A program made the position numbers and the translations under genes. A DNA stretch of 64,000 nucleotides, from the NCBI GenBank assembly GCA_035221665.1, contig CM069161.1, positions 15,872,001 to 15,936,000 of the forward strand. Direction: 5' to 3'. Position 1 is the stretch's first letter. Every line of letters begins with the position of its first letter. Shown piece after piece: positions 1-11,329 of the stretch. The notes below the pieces were generated by a model. That model had not been told where the DNA came from. It made no database searches and worked only from the letters and a program-made list of their open reading frames with translations. The DNA comes from Okamejei kenojei (lineage: Eukaryota).

Positions 1-1053
1 CTTAATTCATAGTGGCACATCTGGTGACGACATGACAGATATAATTATTTTAATATATTCTTTATAAATGCAAAAAAGCTTTGTATATTATTGCATAGAT
101 ATTTTTAAAAAAAACTAAAGCGTTGGACTGTTTCTCAGTAAAATTATATAATGAAGAAAAATGTATAAATTCCTTGATGAGCTGCAAAATCTCCTATCCC
201 CAAAGTACAAGACGTTAATTCCACATCTCATCAACTAACTTCAATTACGTGTAAGCAGCTGCTATAGCAGGTTGGTGCAATATGTATATAAATTCTTAAA
301 ATGAATTTTAATTATTATACAATAGTGATGCAGCAGTAATGCTGGTGTCATGCAACACACTACTGCTCTGCCTGTTAATATAATTACTGCATGTAAAAGC
401 AAATTACTGAAAACTGGAAAGGTAAAATGCATCCAGTAATTGATTTATCGAGCTATGCCATTAATGCAAAAGATATTTCATTTAATGTAGACAAAAGTAT
501 TGACGTCATACAAGGTCTCCTCTTTCACCCGTTGGCAAGTGCAATATTTCTTTCCACTTTTATCCTGTTCCATTGCCATAGCAATACATAACACATTAAC
601 GTCCCTATTCTCTGGCCTTCATCTCACATCCTGACTGTTCCAAGTTTAACTCTCCTGAATGGGAGGACAAGGCTCTCCCCAGAATGTGTTGCAGTACGCA
701 AACTTGAATCCATATTTTCAGCTGTCATCATTAGCCAATGTCATTAGAACTCAGCCCTGAAAGCGATTTAATTTAGATCATATTTTATGTTGCTGCTGAT
801 GTTAGTGCAGCAGGAAAAAAAGGAAGATTTCATTTTGTTCTTGGATTGTCAATAAAATCATTGATAAATCAACACAGCATATTATTCTGCTGTGGGGAAA
901 TAAAATTAATAACATGAAATTAAAAACCTCAGTAATAAAAAAGGCTGATGACCTGAATGAATCTTTATAATAATCAAAGATACTCTACCTTTAAAACCTT
1001 TAATTATATACAAGTGTCTCTAATACAGAAATTAATTGCTTCAACACAATATA

Positions 1054-1352
1054 TAAGGGACAGAGGTTTCGGGGTAACGTGAGGGGGAACTTCTTTACTC
1101 AGAGGGTGGTGGCTGTGTTGGAATCAGCTTCCAGCAGAAGTGGTGGAGGCAGGATCGATTTTAACATTTAAGAGTAAAGTGGATAGGTATATGGACGTGA
1201 AGGGAATGGAGGGGTATGGTCTGAGTGCAGGTAGATGGGACTAGGGGAAAATAAATGGTCGGCACGGACTGGAAGGGCCGAGAGGGCCTGTTTCCGTGCT
1301 GTAATTGTTATATGGTTATATGGTTATATGGTTATATGGTTATATGGTTATA
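1054..1352 (+). mobile_element. CR1 LINE 3' fragment with (ATATGGTT)n tail
   Basis: NFFTQRVV...WN-LP motif. Near-identical to 61079-61350. Confidence 0.9.
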
Positions 1353-1390
1353 TCCACTTGATTGAAACATCCATCTCAGTTTGGAAAGAA

Positions 1391-1396
1391 TTTATT
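1391..1396 (-). terminator. Candidate polyadenylation signal AATAAA for cavin1
   Basis: TTTATT on plus, ~830 nt downstream of the stop codon. An ATTAAA variant lies at 1700-1705. No transcript evidence. Confidence 0.35.
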
Positions 1397-2220
1397 AAAA
1401 TTTCTCACCTACTTATTTCAGAACACCTTTCACATTTGGCCGAGAGTCTGCTGGGTTTTGCCGGGAGTTACACATAGAACTATTGGCATTCCCCAACAAA
1501 TGGACTGGCTGGTCTTGGGAATCCCATGTGAATGCAGAGGTCTGAATTCAGACTTACAACTGTGTAGGATCCACAAGCTGTATAACTATGAGAAACACAG
1601 ATACAGCTAGTTTTAAAATTATTTGGTTGAGCAATAGGTTGAATGATTTCATTATTCAAAACTATTCATACGTCATTTTAGTTGATGCCTTTACTACCTT
1701 TTAATGTCTTTTTTTAAAAATTCCATAGTTTTTCAAAATGTCTGAAGTTCAGACACTGAAAAACCTCAACAGTGTTGACAGCAACCAGAGACTGTGTGGC
1801 TGTTTCCAACTGACAAAGTGTGGGTATTCAGGCTTAATTCAAGGGAAGTAATGGTAGAAGCAGGCTGTGGGTCTCACTGAGGAAAATCCACCTGATTACT
1901 TAATGCTCTCATAATGTAACTTATCGGGTCATGGGGACATTTTTAAAAAAGGCTGTTCCCCCAAAACTGACTTAATTGGGAACTGAAAGTTTGCTAAGTA
2001 TTCCAGTGAAGAGATGACAAACAGGTTTGCTTTACCTCACCAATGCAAGGTTTACTGGCAATGGTCTTCGAATAACTGCGATGAGAGGGCTATAATGTTG
2101 CGCAACACAAATTTCCTAACGCATTTGTACTTTACAATCTACTATTCCAAAAACATTTTGCTCTATTCTTTCCATTTGCCCCAGCCAACGAGCAAGAACC
2201 ACATGACATCAATACAGTCA

Positions 2221-2946
2221 TTACTCAATTCTCCTTTTCAAAAGCAGGAGTTCGGTCTCCGTATCCGGGTCATCCTCCAGTGATTCCTCGTGGATTTCTT
2301 CAATAAGGAGATCAGTGTTGTCCTCATCTTCTACAATGTGTTCCTCTCCCTGACTTTCCATCATCTCCACTTCCTGCACCACCACATCCCCGTCTCTCAT
2401 CTTTTTAACCCAGAAGGTAAACGGTGGGATCCTGTAGACGGTCGTCCGACACCTTGCTGTCTTTTGATGATTTGGTGAGAAGGACTTCCTCAGCTTTGAT
2501 CTGGAGTCTTTCATCTTCTCCTTCCGTTCCTGTGATACTATCTTGTTGCCGAGCTTATTCATTTTTTTCTCAAGTGTGTGCCTTGTCTTTTCCAGGTTTT
2601 CCCTTGTCGCTACCCTGGTCTTCTCCACACTCTCCCTTGTTCTCAGCCGGGTCTTCTGCAGATTATCCCTTGTCCTTTGCTTAGCCTTTTCCATTGATTC
2701 CTTGGAGAATGCTTTCTTGAAATCTTCCATTCGCTTCATGCTAGTCTTCTTGACACGGACGGCTGTTGTTTCCTCTTCAATTACTTCAAGTTCAACCTCT
2801 TCATCAGAGGAGAGTGAGATATTGTCACCTTCAGGCTTCTCCTCGCTGGTCACAAGCTCTTTTCCTGCTTCACTTTCTTCGGGTGCCTTCAGGCTTTCTT
2901 TCACAGACTTCCCGAGGCTCAATTTCACAGGCATTGGTGTTTCATC
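2221..2946 (-). CDS. cavin1: Cavin-1 coding exon 2 (241 aa + stop)
   Basis: Acceptor tttgtattttccag|GAT GAA ACA CCA ATG. Encodes DETPMPVKLSLGKSVKES...LSSDEEVE...EDFKKAFSKESMEK...RENLEKTRHTLEKKMNKLG...KLRKSFSPNH...VYRIPPFTFWVKKMRDG, matching cavin-1 DR2/HR2/DR3. The ENLEKTR undecad repeats are cavin-1 specific. In frame with exon 1. Confidence 0.95.
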   Translation of the reverse strand, partial: DETPMPVKLSLGKSVKESLKAPEESEAGKELVTSEEKPEGDNISLSSDEEVELEVIEEETTAVRVKKTSMKRMEDFKKAFSKESMEKAKQRTRDNLQKTRLRTRESVEKTRVATRENLEKTRHTLEKKMNKLGNKIVSQERKEKMKDSRSKLRKSFSPNHQKTARCRTTVYRIPPFTFWVKKMRDGDVVVQEVEMMESQGEEHIVEDEDNTDLLIEEIHEESLEDDPDTETELLLLKRRIE

Positions 2947-4065
2947 CTGGAAAATACAAAAGCACTATTACAGCCAGGGTTTGACTCTTTGACAAAATCA
3001 TTATAAACATATTCGGACATTGTGTTTGATCATATATCATTCAAATTAGCTCACTTCTTTTCACTGGAAGGAGTATCCTACCACCCAGGAACTAATGTTC
3101 CAATAAATTTGGCCGATATTATCTTGTGTTCTGCCGCTCCAGCATGGAGTCTATTTTTTTCAACCATGTTGAAGACAATGAGAAAGGGCTGAAAGGATAT
3201 GTGCCCATTTTCTTTATAGATTTAGAAAAGCCATTTATCCCGTGGAAGTTGTGTGTGAATGAAGAATTCAGATCAAAATCCATTTCCAAATTTTCCCAAC
3301 AAAGCTTTCGGATGGTATCAAAGTCACCTCAACAATTTTAACATCACAGACAAGGGATCGGTATTCTTCCAGTGTTGTACACTCGCTCCAATTTGTTGGC
3401 TTGTCCCAGCCATGCAAAGAGGTGCACAACTATCATGGTGAAGTATCTGCTCAACCCTGCATTGGAGTTGAACCCCCTCAGAAACGTAGGGTATTTCACC
3501 ACTAGTTGCACCACTATCAGAGAGCTGGATTCGCTGAGACCCACTGGGCATACCTTTGATAAATATAGGGACACACAGAGCTGTGGAAGGTCTTGCCTGA
3601 GCACACGCCTCTCTACTTAAACTGGGAAATAACCAACAGAGTAAATCTTGTTCTTGAAGGCCCTCAAAATTCCCATGACAGCACGAGCCTTGATAAGCAA
3701 GCAAAGCAGAAAGTGTTGGAGAAACTCAATTGGTCAGGCAGCATCTGCGGAGGGTATGTATCAGCCATGTTTTGGGTCGGGGACATTCTTCAGCTAGGTG
3801 TTGCCTGACCAACTGAGTTACTCCAGCACTTTGTGTTGTACTCAAGATTCTAGCATCTGCAGAAACTTGTATTTCATGGTAAGGAAGGAACCAATCAAAA
3901 ATATTTATCTCTGTATGATTTTCTTTCAATACTTCAACATTCATCAAACGACTTGACAGCCAATGGCACATCTGGTTTCATCATTAGCACCCAACATATA
4001 CATATCAAAGGTCCGACCATTGAGTCTCAGTGTTCCAGCTCCCTGACAGTGGTGTAAATATTGGA

Positions 4066-4490
4066 ACATAGAAACAAGGTGCAGGAGTAGGCCATTCAGC
4101 CCTTCGAGCCTGCACCGCCATTCAATATGATCATGGCTGATCATCCAACTCAGTATCCCGTACCTGCCTTCTCTCCATACCCCCTGATCCTTCTAGCCAC
4201 AAGGGCCACATCTAACTCCCTCTTAAATATAGCCAATGAACTGGCCTCAACTACCTTCTGTGGCAGAGAATTCCAGAGACTCACCACTCTCTGTGTGAAA
4301 AATGTTTTTCTCATCTAACAGACAACATATTAGACAATAGACAATAGGTGCAGGAGTAAGCCATTTGACCCTTCGAGCCAGTACCGCCATTCAATGTGAT
4401 CTTGGCTGATCATCCACAATCAGTACCCCGTTCCTGCCTTCTCCCCATATCCCCTGACTCCGCTATCTTTAAGTGCTCTATCTAACTATT
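4066..4490 (-). mobile_element. Two adjacent CR1 3' ends (4066-4316 and ~4330-4490)
   Basis: Reverse complement of the 3' end of the element at 57893-59843. Tails are TTTCTATG and TATTGTC. Confidence 0.9.
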
Positions 4491-5109
4491 GAATGGGATA
4501 TGGAAGACGTGCCTTGTCATTGAAGAGAGAAGGCATCAAGGGCTTGATGATTTGTGCAGAAGAACAGTCAATGGGCTACGTGGCAAATTACCGCCCTGAA
4601 TTTGCATTGCATAGGGCAGTGAAGCAATATACAAAAACAGACCATTAACCTCGACACATGACTTTAAATTTCCCCTTTCCTGCTATCGCTTGCCCAGATC
4701 CGAGGAACAATCGTGGCACAGGAGGACATTCAATTGATCGGATTTGTGCTGGAACCAAGTAAAACCTACTTGTGGGTCTATGGTCCTGTGCTTCCCCCAC
4801 AATACTGCGAGGTCTCTACTCTCAACGTTCTGTCCTGTTGCCTCCAGATGGCACAGTTTAATCTGGTTTCCACCATCATACAGTTACTGAATGTCACGCA
4901 GAAATACTCTTGGTGTAAGTTTCTTCCCTCAAGATTTAAACCCATTTCCTGTCCTTCAACACTTGCAGTTGGGATCAGTTTCCCTCTATTTATACTATCT
5001 CAATCAGTCATGGCCTTTCACAGGTGAAAAAACATGAGCCAACTAATGATCCATTGTACCTTTCAGCACCAGTGTCATTCAGCTACCTAATGTGTACCGA
5101 GTTAAAGCG

Positions 5110-5440
5110 TCATAGAGTGATACAGCATGGAAACAAGCCCTTTGGCCCAACTTGCCCACATCGGCCAACATGTCCCAACTAGACTAGTCCCATCTGTCCG
5201 CATTTGACCCATATCCCTCCAAACCTGTCCTATCCATGAACCTGCCTAACTGTTTCTTAAACATTGGGATAGTTCCTGCCTCTTCTGGCAGCTTGTTCCA
5301 TACCCCCACCACCTTTTGCTATGAAAAAGTTACCCCTCAGATTCCTGTTGAATCTTTTCCACTTCACCTTAAACCCATGTCCCCCTGTCATCGATTCACC
5401 TACTCTGGGCAAGGGACTCTGTGCATCTACCCAATCTAGT
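5110..5440 (-). mobile_element. CR1/HER1-type 3' fragment (related copies at ~13940-14230, ~46990-47230, ~57410-57650 and ~55370-56180)
   Basis: Shared motif CAGCATGGAAACAGGCCCTTCGGCCCAAC...CCCATATCCCTCTAAACC, the reverse complement of the LINE 3'UTR also found at SINE tails. Confidence 0.75.
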
Positions 5441-7017
5441 GATCACGAACCAAAGGCAACAGGAACATAAATCACAATATAACCCAGGATACAGCGCATG
5501 CAGGAATTGTCAGACAAGGATTTCTTGATGTGTAGGAAGGAACTGCAGATGCTGATTTAAACTGAAGATAGACACAAAACACTGGAGTAACTCAGCGGGT
5601 CAGGCAGCATCTCTGGAAAAAATGAATAGGTGACTTTCCGGGTCGAGACCCTTCTTCAGACCCATTTCTTGTTGCTTGTTGCACGAGAAACAGATATTTG
5701 GGATGGGAAGCAGAATTCACGAAGAGATGGGGGCAGCAGCCTGGCTCTGCAACTGATGCCTCACCGCAGACTCGGGAGGTGTGAGCTGCAGAAATCCAAG
5801 CGGGCGTTCCAATGCAACATTCCAGTGCAGTGTCACGGAAGGGGTCAGTTTTCAGCTGACGCATTATCAAGGAGCTGTTTGTCCCTCAGGCAGTGCCAAC
5901 ACTCGGAGAATGTCAGAGTTCTCAAACCAGGAGGATCATTCCTCAAATATCCAACACACCAACATCTATCTGATCATTAATCTCAGTGGTGTTTTTATTC
6001 ATATTCATATTTTATGTTTACTATCAACATAGAAGTAAGCTGTTTGGTCCATCAAGTCTATGACTCAGGGCAATTCTATAACCAACCTCCGACTCATTTC
6101 CTGGCAAATTCCTCAGTCTCACCTTAAATCGTGTCATCTGATTCTCCCACTAACGGTCAACATCAGGGGTGACTTACCGAGGCCCATTGAGATATTGCCA
6201 TCTTCGAGAAACCCCACAGGAAAAACTGCACAGACGGAACTGGAGGTCAGGGCTGATCCAAGTTTTCTGAAGCTGTGAGGCAGCAGCATTGCTGTGGCAG
6301 CCTATAGGACAGCCATTCCACTGAGCCAAAGTGATCTAAGGGGCCCTTAGTATATATAGCTTTGTTTCTTGCTTTTGAAGAAATATTACAATTCGAAACA
6401 TTCGCTTTTCTTTTTTCCACAGATGCTGTTTGTCCTGCTGAGAATATTCAACATTTACTGTTTTTATCTCTGTCTTCTGGCATCTGCAGTTTTTGGCTTT
6501 CTGATTGCTACACTTCAGATATACGTCCTAAGTTGTGAAGTGGTTTGTTGCGTCTGTATACATCATGTTGAAGTCAGTATCTGCAAAAGTATGTGATTGT
6601 GAAGGCGTGAGTTCATGGTGGGCAATGGACATTCTCTTTGCAGACGCTCTGCAGAGAAATTTAGCTTAGCGGCCAAAGGTACCTACTCTGGTAAATGGTC
6701 AGCCCATTTCCTTTGCAAATGAAGTGAGGAGACCTCAGCTGGGGTCTGGGTCTGGGAAGTAGTGGGGGAGAGGGGCAGGATGGGAGGAGGTGATGGAGAG
6801 GGAAATGTCAAAGGAAGGAAAATTGGATTGCTCATTGAGGAGTCGTTTGACCGGGATTGGTGGGTTATTGGATCTGTACACAGAGGTGACTCGTAATCAG
6901 GAAGTGGAGTGACGGATGGAAGGTTTCAATAGTCTTGCAGATCGAGCAAGCGGTATGTGGTTGGTAGGAGTGATTGGTAGGTGGGAGCTGTTTAGGTTTA
7001 TTATTATTACGTGTACC

Positions 7018-7160
7018 TTCTTCTTCTTGCGTATGGCGTGCACGGCCTAGAGTTGTAGGACAACTTGTTCTATTTGATGTTATTTGACTGTGCAGGCCAG
7101 GTTGATTGCATTCGTTGAAACAGGGCGGACCACGTGAAGGTTGCAATCTCCCACCCCCTC
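7018..7160 (-). mobile_element. ~140-bp retroposon with 5' HDV-like ribozyme and (AAG)n tail, copy 1
   Basis: TSD ACGTGTACC (7009-7017 / 7161-7169). Homologous to 33142-33283 and 55535-55675. Inserted in a Rex1-like 3'UTR. Confidence 0.88.
7104..7157 (-). ncRNA. Predicted minimal HDV/CPEB3-like self-cleaving ribozyme (54 nt)
   Basis: GGGGUGG-GA-GAUUGCA-ACC-UUCACGU-GGU-CCGCCCU-G-UUUCAA-CGAA-UGCAAUC. Gives P1 7 bp with G1-U wobble, P2 7 bp, P3 3 bp, 7-nt L3, and J4/2 CGAA with the catalytic C. Confidence 0.8.
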
Positions 7161-8515
7161 ACGTGTACCATGTTACAGTGGAAAGCTTCATTTTGCATGC
7201 TCTCCAAACAGATTAGATATACTGTATAATACACAAATACAATGATGTTAAACTCAAGCACAATAGGTAAGGGGAGTGCAGACAATAGTGCTCAGCATTG
7301 TGGCACATCAATACCATAGACAAAATCCAATGTCTACAATGGAGAGGTGAATCGGACTGTTCCCCAACTTATGGAAGGACTGTTCAGAAGCCTGATAATG
7401 AAGGGGAATAATCTGTTCCTGAGTCTGCTGGTGCACACTTTCAAGCTTCTGTACCTTCCGGTGGAATGGAACAAGGAGAAGAAAGATCGAGCAGTGTGTT
7501 GGGTCGGGTTGGTACTGGGGGCGGTGAGTATTGTGGATATTGAGTGTGAATTGCATGGGTGGTAGGGTGTGTGATCTGTGGGGTTTAATGTCGACTTAAA
7601 GTAAATTTACCCCAAAACAGGTTCCCAGTGTTCTGAAGAAGTGTCGCGACCCGAAACGTCACCCATTCCTTCTTTCCAGAGATGCTGCCTGTCCTGCTGA
7701 GTTACTCCAGCTTCTTGTGTCTATTCCCAAAGTTAACATTGGATCTTCTCGGACATGGGCCCATCAAGTTACACAGGAGCAGGGTTGACACTGTTGTGAG
7801 AACCAGTTCTGCCCCAGTGAAACTGCTAAGCATCGCACATGAACAAATGGTGCTCTAACACCTCTGACCATTTCAGGACCCTTTGTGTGTTACCACACGA
7901 TGTGCAGCAAGGACAATGAATGAAGATTATGGGCTTCATTGTCCACAATTTACAAATGCTTATTTAACTCTGAAAGGTAGTAAGGAATGTGGTGCTCTGC
8001 AATCTCGGTTCTCAGAGTCTGAATTAATGATCTTCCTTTTCATCATAGGACCTCAAATAAGCTTTGGAAAAAATCTCTGATCTCCATCAAAGATAAGGAG
8101 TGTGCAATATAAGGAGTCTAAAATAAATCTTGCAATGAAGGAGATTTACGGAGTTATTTGCAGCTTTGGTGGACATTCCCCAGGGTAGGTGGGATGACGT
8201 TTATTGCCAATGACAGCATTACACTAATGGGGAAATCCCACCCCCATCTGAGTTTGATCAAACTGTTTTAGTACATCTGCGTGCAGGGATGTGGTGTCGT
8301 GTTACCATGTTATATATTGTAATCCAACAACTAATCTGGCAGCAGGAGGAACTCGATCTGTAGCCTCAGCTGTATTTTAGCACACATGCTGTTCAGATGG
8401 ACCAGAAGTTTTTAAAATAGTTGTCTTAACTTTCACCTATATGGAAAGGAACCCCACAGTTCATCTGCAAATATCCTTGTCAAGGTAAAACCAAATAGCC
8501 AGAGGAACTCCTGAG

Positions 8516-8831
8516 GGCCAGCACAGTGGCGCAGCAGTAGACTTGCTGTCTGACAGGGCCAGAGCCCCGCGTTCGATCCTGACTACGGGTGCTGTCCGTA
8601 CGGAGTTTTGTACGTTTTCCAGTGACCACGTGGGTTTTCTCCGGGTGCCCCAGTTTTCTCCCACACTTCAAAGACTTACAGGTTTGTGGGTTAATTGGCT
8701 TTGGTAGAATTGTCAATTGTCCTTAATGTGTAGGATAGTGCTAGTGTACAGGGTGATCGCCGGTTCGCGTGGACTTAGTGGACCCATGGGCCTGTTTCCG
8801 CGCTGTATCGCCGTATCTGTATCTCTAAACT
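8516..8831 (+). mobile_element. tRNA-derived V-SINE (HE1-like)
   Basis: A box TGGCGCAGCAG, B box GTTCGATCC, V-domain GGAGTTT(T)GTACGTT...GTGGGTTTTCTCCGGGTG...CTCCCACAC, and a CR1-like tail GGGCCTGTTTCCGCGCTGTATC. Confidence 0.88.
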
Positions 8832-9627
8832 CATCAGGTCAGGCAGTGTCTGTGGAGGGAAATGGACAGACTTAGAACCATCTCGACCCAAAACGTCATC
8901 TGTCCATTCTGTCCACAAATCGTGCCTGACCTGCTGAGATCCTCCAGCACATGAGTTTTGCTCAGGATTCCAGCATCCACAGTCTCTTGTGACTCCTTGT
9001 GGAGTAACTGAAATGTGTTATATTTTTGTTTTCTACTTCCTGTATCCTGATTAACTGGATTATCTTCAACCCTTGATGGAGGACCATCCAACACTCTGAC
9101 CCCGGTCCAGTTTTCTCACTGTTTTATTGTCCAGGGTGTCCACCCTGATCTCCAACACGACTAAGAGGAAACCTCATACCACCGAGGAGAAGTATCGAGC
9201 GCCAAAACAGCGCTGCAAAAAGCAGTGACACTCAGCGGAATGTATCACATCTTGTTGAAAAATTAGCGTGTTTCGATAAAATGGCTCCAGGAAACCCCAA
9301 AGCACCTTGTCCTCAATAAAGCGCATCTGAAGCGTTCTTATGTTGTAATGGATGTAATGGAGTAGGCTTTATACCTGGTTCGTGCATTGTGCATTGCAAG
9401 CTCTCACACGCACTTTCCTGATAATGGATTGATAATCTGTTTTCTGCAAAGATAATCACAGGATAAATATTGGCTTGGATGCTGCCTTTCTCTGCGATTC
9501 TGCCATGGTATCTTGTTCCATTTTCTCAAGATGACAGGAGGTCCAGTTTAATATCTTGTCCCAAAGACAACATCTGTAAAAATGCAGCGTTCCCGCAGTG
9601 TTGTACTGAAGTATCATTTGAGAGTAT

Positions 9628-10263
9628 AGGGCCTGTCCCACTTGGCTGTCTTTCGCGCGCCATTTACGCGACCTGCTAGCATGTGGGTAGCGCGCGGGCA
9701 GCGCGTGGGTAGTGCTGGACGGGCGCACGGAGTGGCGTGGAGGAGTGCGGACTTCGTCCTGAACTAAATCTTTGCGCGCCACCGGCCTGTCGCGTAACTG
9801 ACGGCCAAAGTGGGACGCAAAGTCTCACCTCCAACAGCAACAGAAGCAGGAAAGCGATTGTCGAACTCGGCCTGGGGCTCACGGCCGTTGCGGATCCGGA
9901 TCTGCCCCCACTCCTACTCCCAGAGCGGGGCCAAGAAAATTGAAGATAGACACAAAATGCTGGAGTAACTCAGCGGGACCGGCAGCATCTCTGGAGAGAA
10001 GGAATGGGTGCGGTTTCGGGTCAAGACCCTTCTTTCAGACTGAAGAAGAGTCTTGACCCGAAACATCATCCATTTCTTCTCTCCAGAGATGCTGCCGGTC
10101 CCGCTGAGTTACTCCTGCATATTGTGTCTATCTTCAAATGACATCACGCGCTCCAGACGGCTGTGCGAACGCACGATGACGCGCGCGACTCTTGTTGGAC
10201 CGTCGCATGTGTCAGTCACTAATGGCCTGTCGCGTAAGTGACGGCCCAAGTGGGACAGGCCCT
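9628..10263. mobile_element. CpG-rich Harbinger-type MITE containing a Penelope-derived palindrome
   Basis: TIR AGGGCCTGTCCCACTTGG / CCAAGTGGGACAGGCCCT with flanks TAT/TAA. The terminal motif is shared with the 11330 family. Confidence 0.8.
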
Positions 10264-11329
10264 TAATGGAGAGATGGATTTTTACCTCTAACATTTAACC
10301 AACCATGGGCATGCCACCACTATCCCAGGGACCACTGCAGCTTCTGAATATTTCTGGTATCAGTGGGTAGTGAGCAGGAAATGTGAAGCACAGGCTTTGC
10401 ATTGATTTTCTTTTCATTCCCATTTTTAGGATGTGGACAGAAACAGTATTTATTCCCTTTTCCTAATTGTGCTTGAGAAGGTGGTAATGAATCACCTTCT
10501 TGAATTGTTACAGACCTTCTGATGGAGATACATTCACTGTGTCATTGGGTAGGGAGTTCCAGAAGTTAGATCCAGCAACGCTGAAGAACAGGCGATATAT
10601 TTTCAAGTTAGGATGATGCACGATTTCAAGAGAACCTGCAAGGTGTTCCGAACCATTTAAAAAGCATTTGGACATATATATAGGATGGGTTCAGAGGGTT
10701 ATGGGCCAAATGCAGGCAAATGAGACTAGTCCAATATGCCTACTCAGTCAGCATAGACAAGGTGGGCCGAGAAGCCTGTTTCTGTGCTGTACGGCTCTAT
10801 GACTCTACGAGATTGTGCTGGGTAAATCTTGTTCTCCAATTACTGATACTGTGTTTCTGCCTGGGCAACTGTCAGGACTTTCTTGTGACATTTCATCCAA
10901 AATGGCCTTCAAACTACACAGTCATGCTATTACAAAGATTACATATTTCCACTGAGGCAACATCGCCAGTCTCTGCCTCGGTTCACTTGTTGCTGAACAT
11001 CTCAACACGTTTTTCTTCCTTCAGCTCTTGATTGTTCCTCTCTTGTGCAATGCTCCATTGGCTTGAACCTATTCTGAACCCCTCTTCCCATTTCTAAACT
11101 TACCACCACATCTATTCATCATGGCCTCAGTTCAAATGGAAGTTGATGTTGTTCAGATCTGCTAACTCTTGAGATGAAGGTGAGTCATAGTCGTATAGTA
11201 CGGAACAAGTCCTTTTGCCCATCTATACTGATGGCATTCGAATGCATTAAGACCATTTGATTCTATGCCTTACCTGTTTAAGTTTAGGTTTATTATTGTC
11301 ATATGTACCAAGGTACTGTGAAAAGCTTA

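Larger units (their letters stand above)
6990..7510 (-). mobile_element. Rex1-like LINE 3' end hosting the ribozyme retroposon (related 3'UTRs at ~11283-11760 minus and ~31320-31450 plus)
   Basis: Minus strand reads FFSL..TGRYRSLKV.TSRLRN, followed by a 3'UTR ending GTACACGT.ATAATAAACCTAAAC. Confidence 0.7.

Noticed and set aside
1235-1477. ORF with repeated IWLYGYMV
   Set aside because: Translation of the (ATATGGTT)n CR1 tail.
2543-2992. 149-aa Ser/Leu-rich plus-strand ORF
   Set aside because: Antisense shadow of cavin1 exon 2.
8516-8590. tRNA-like A/B boxes
   Set aside because: SINE head followed by a V-domain and LINE-like tail; no complete cloverleaf.
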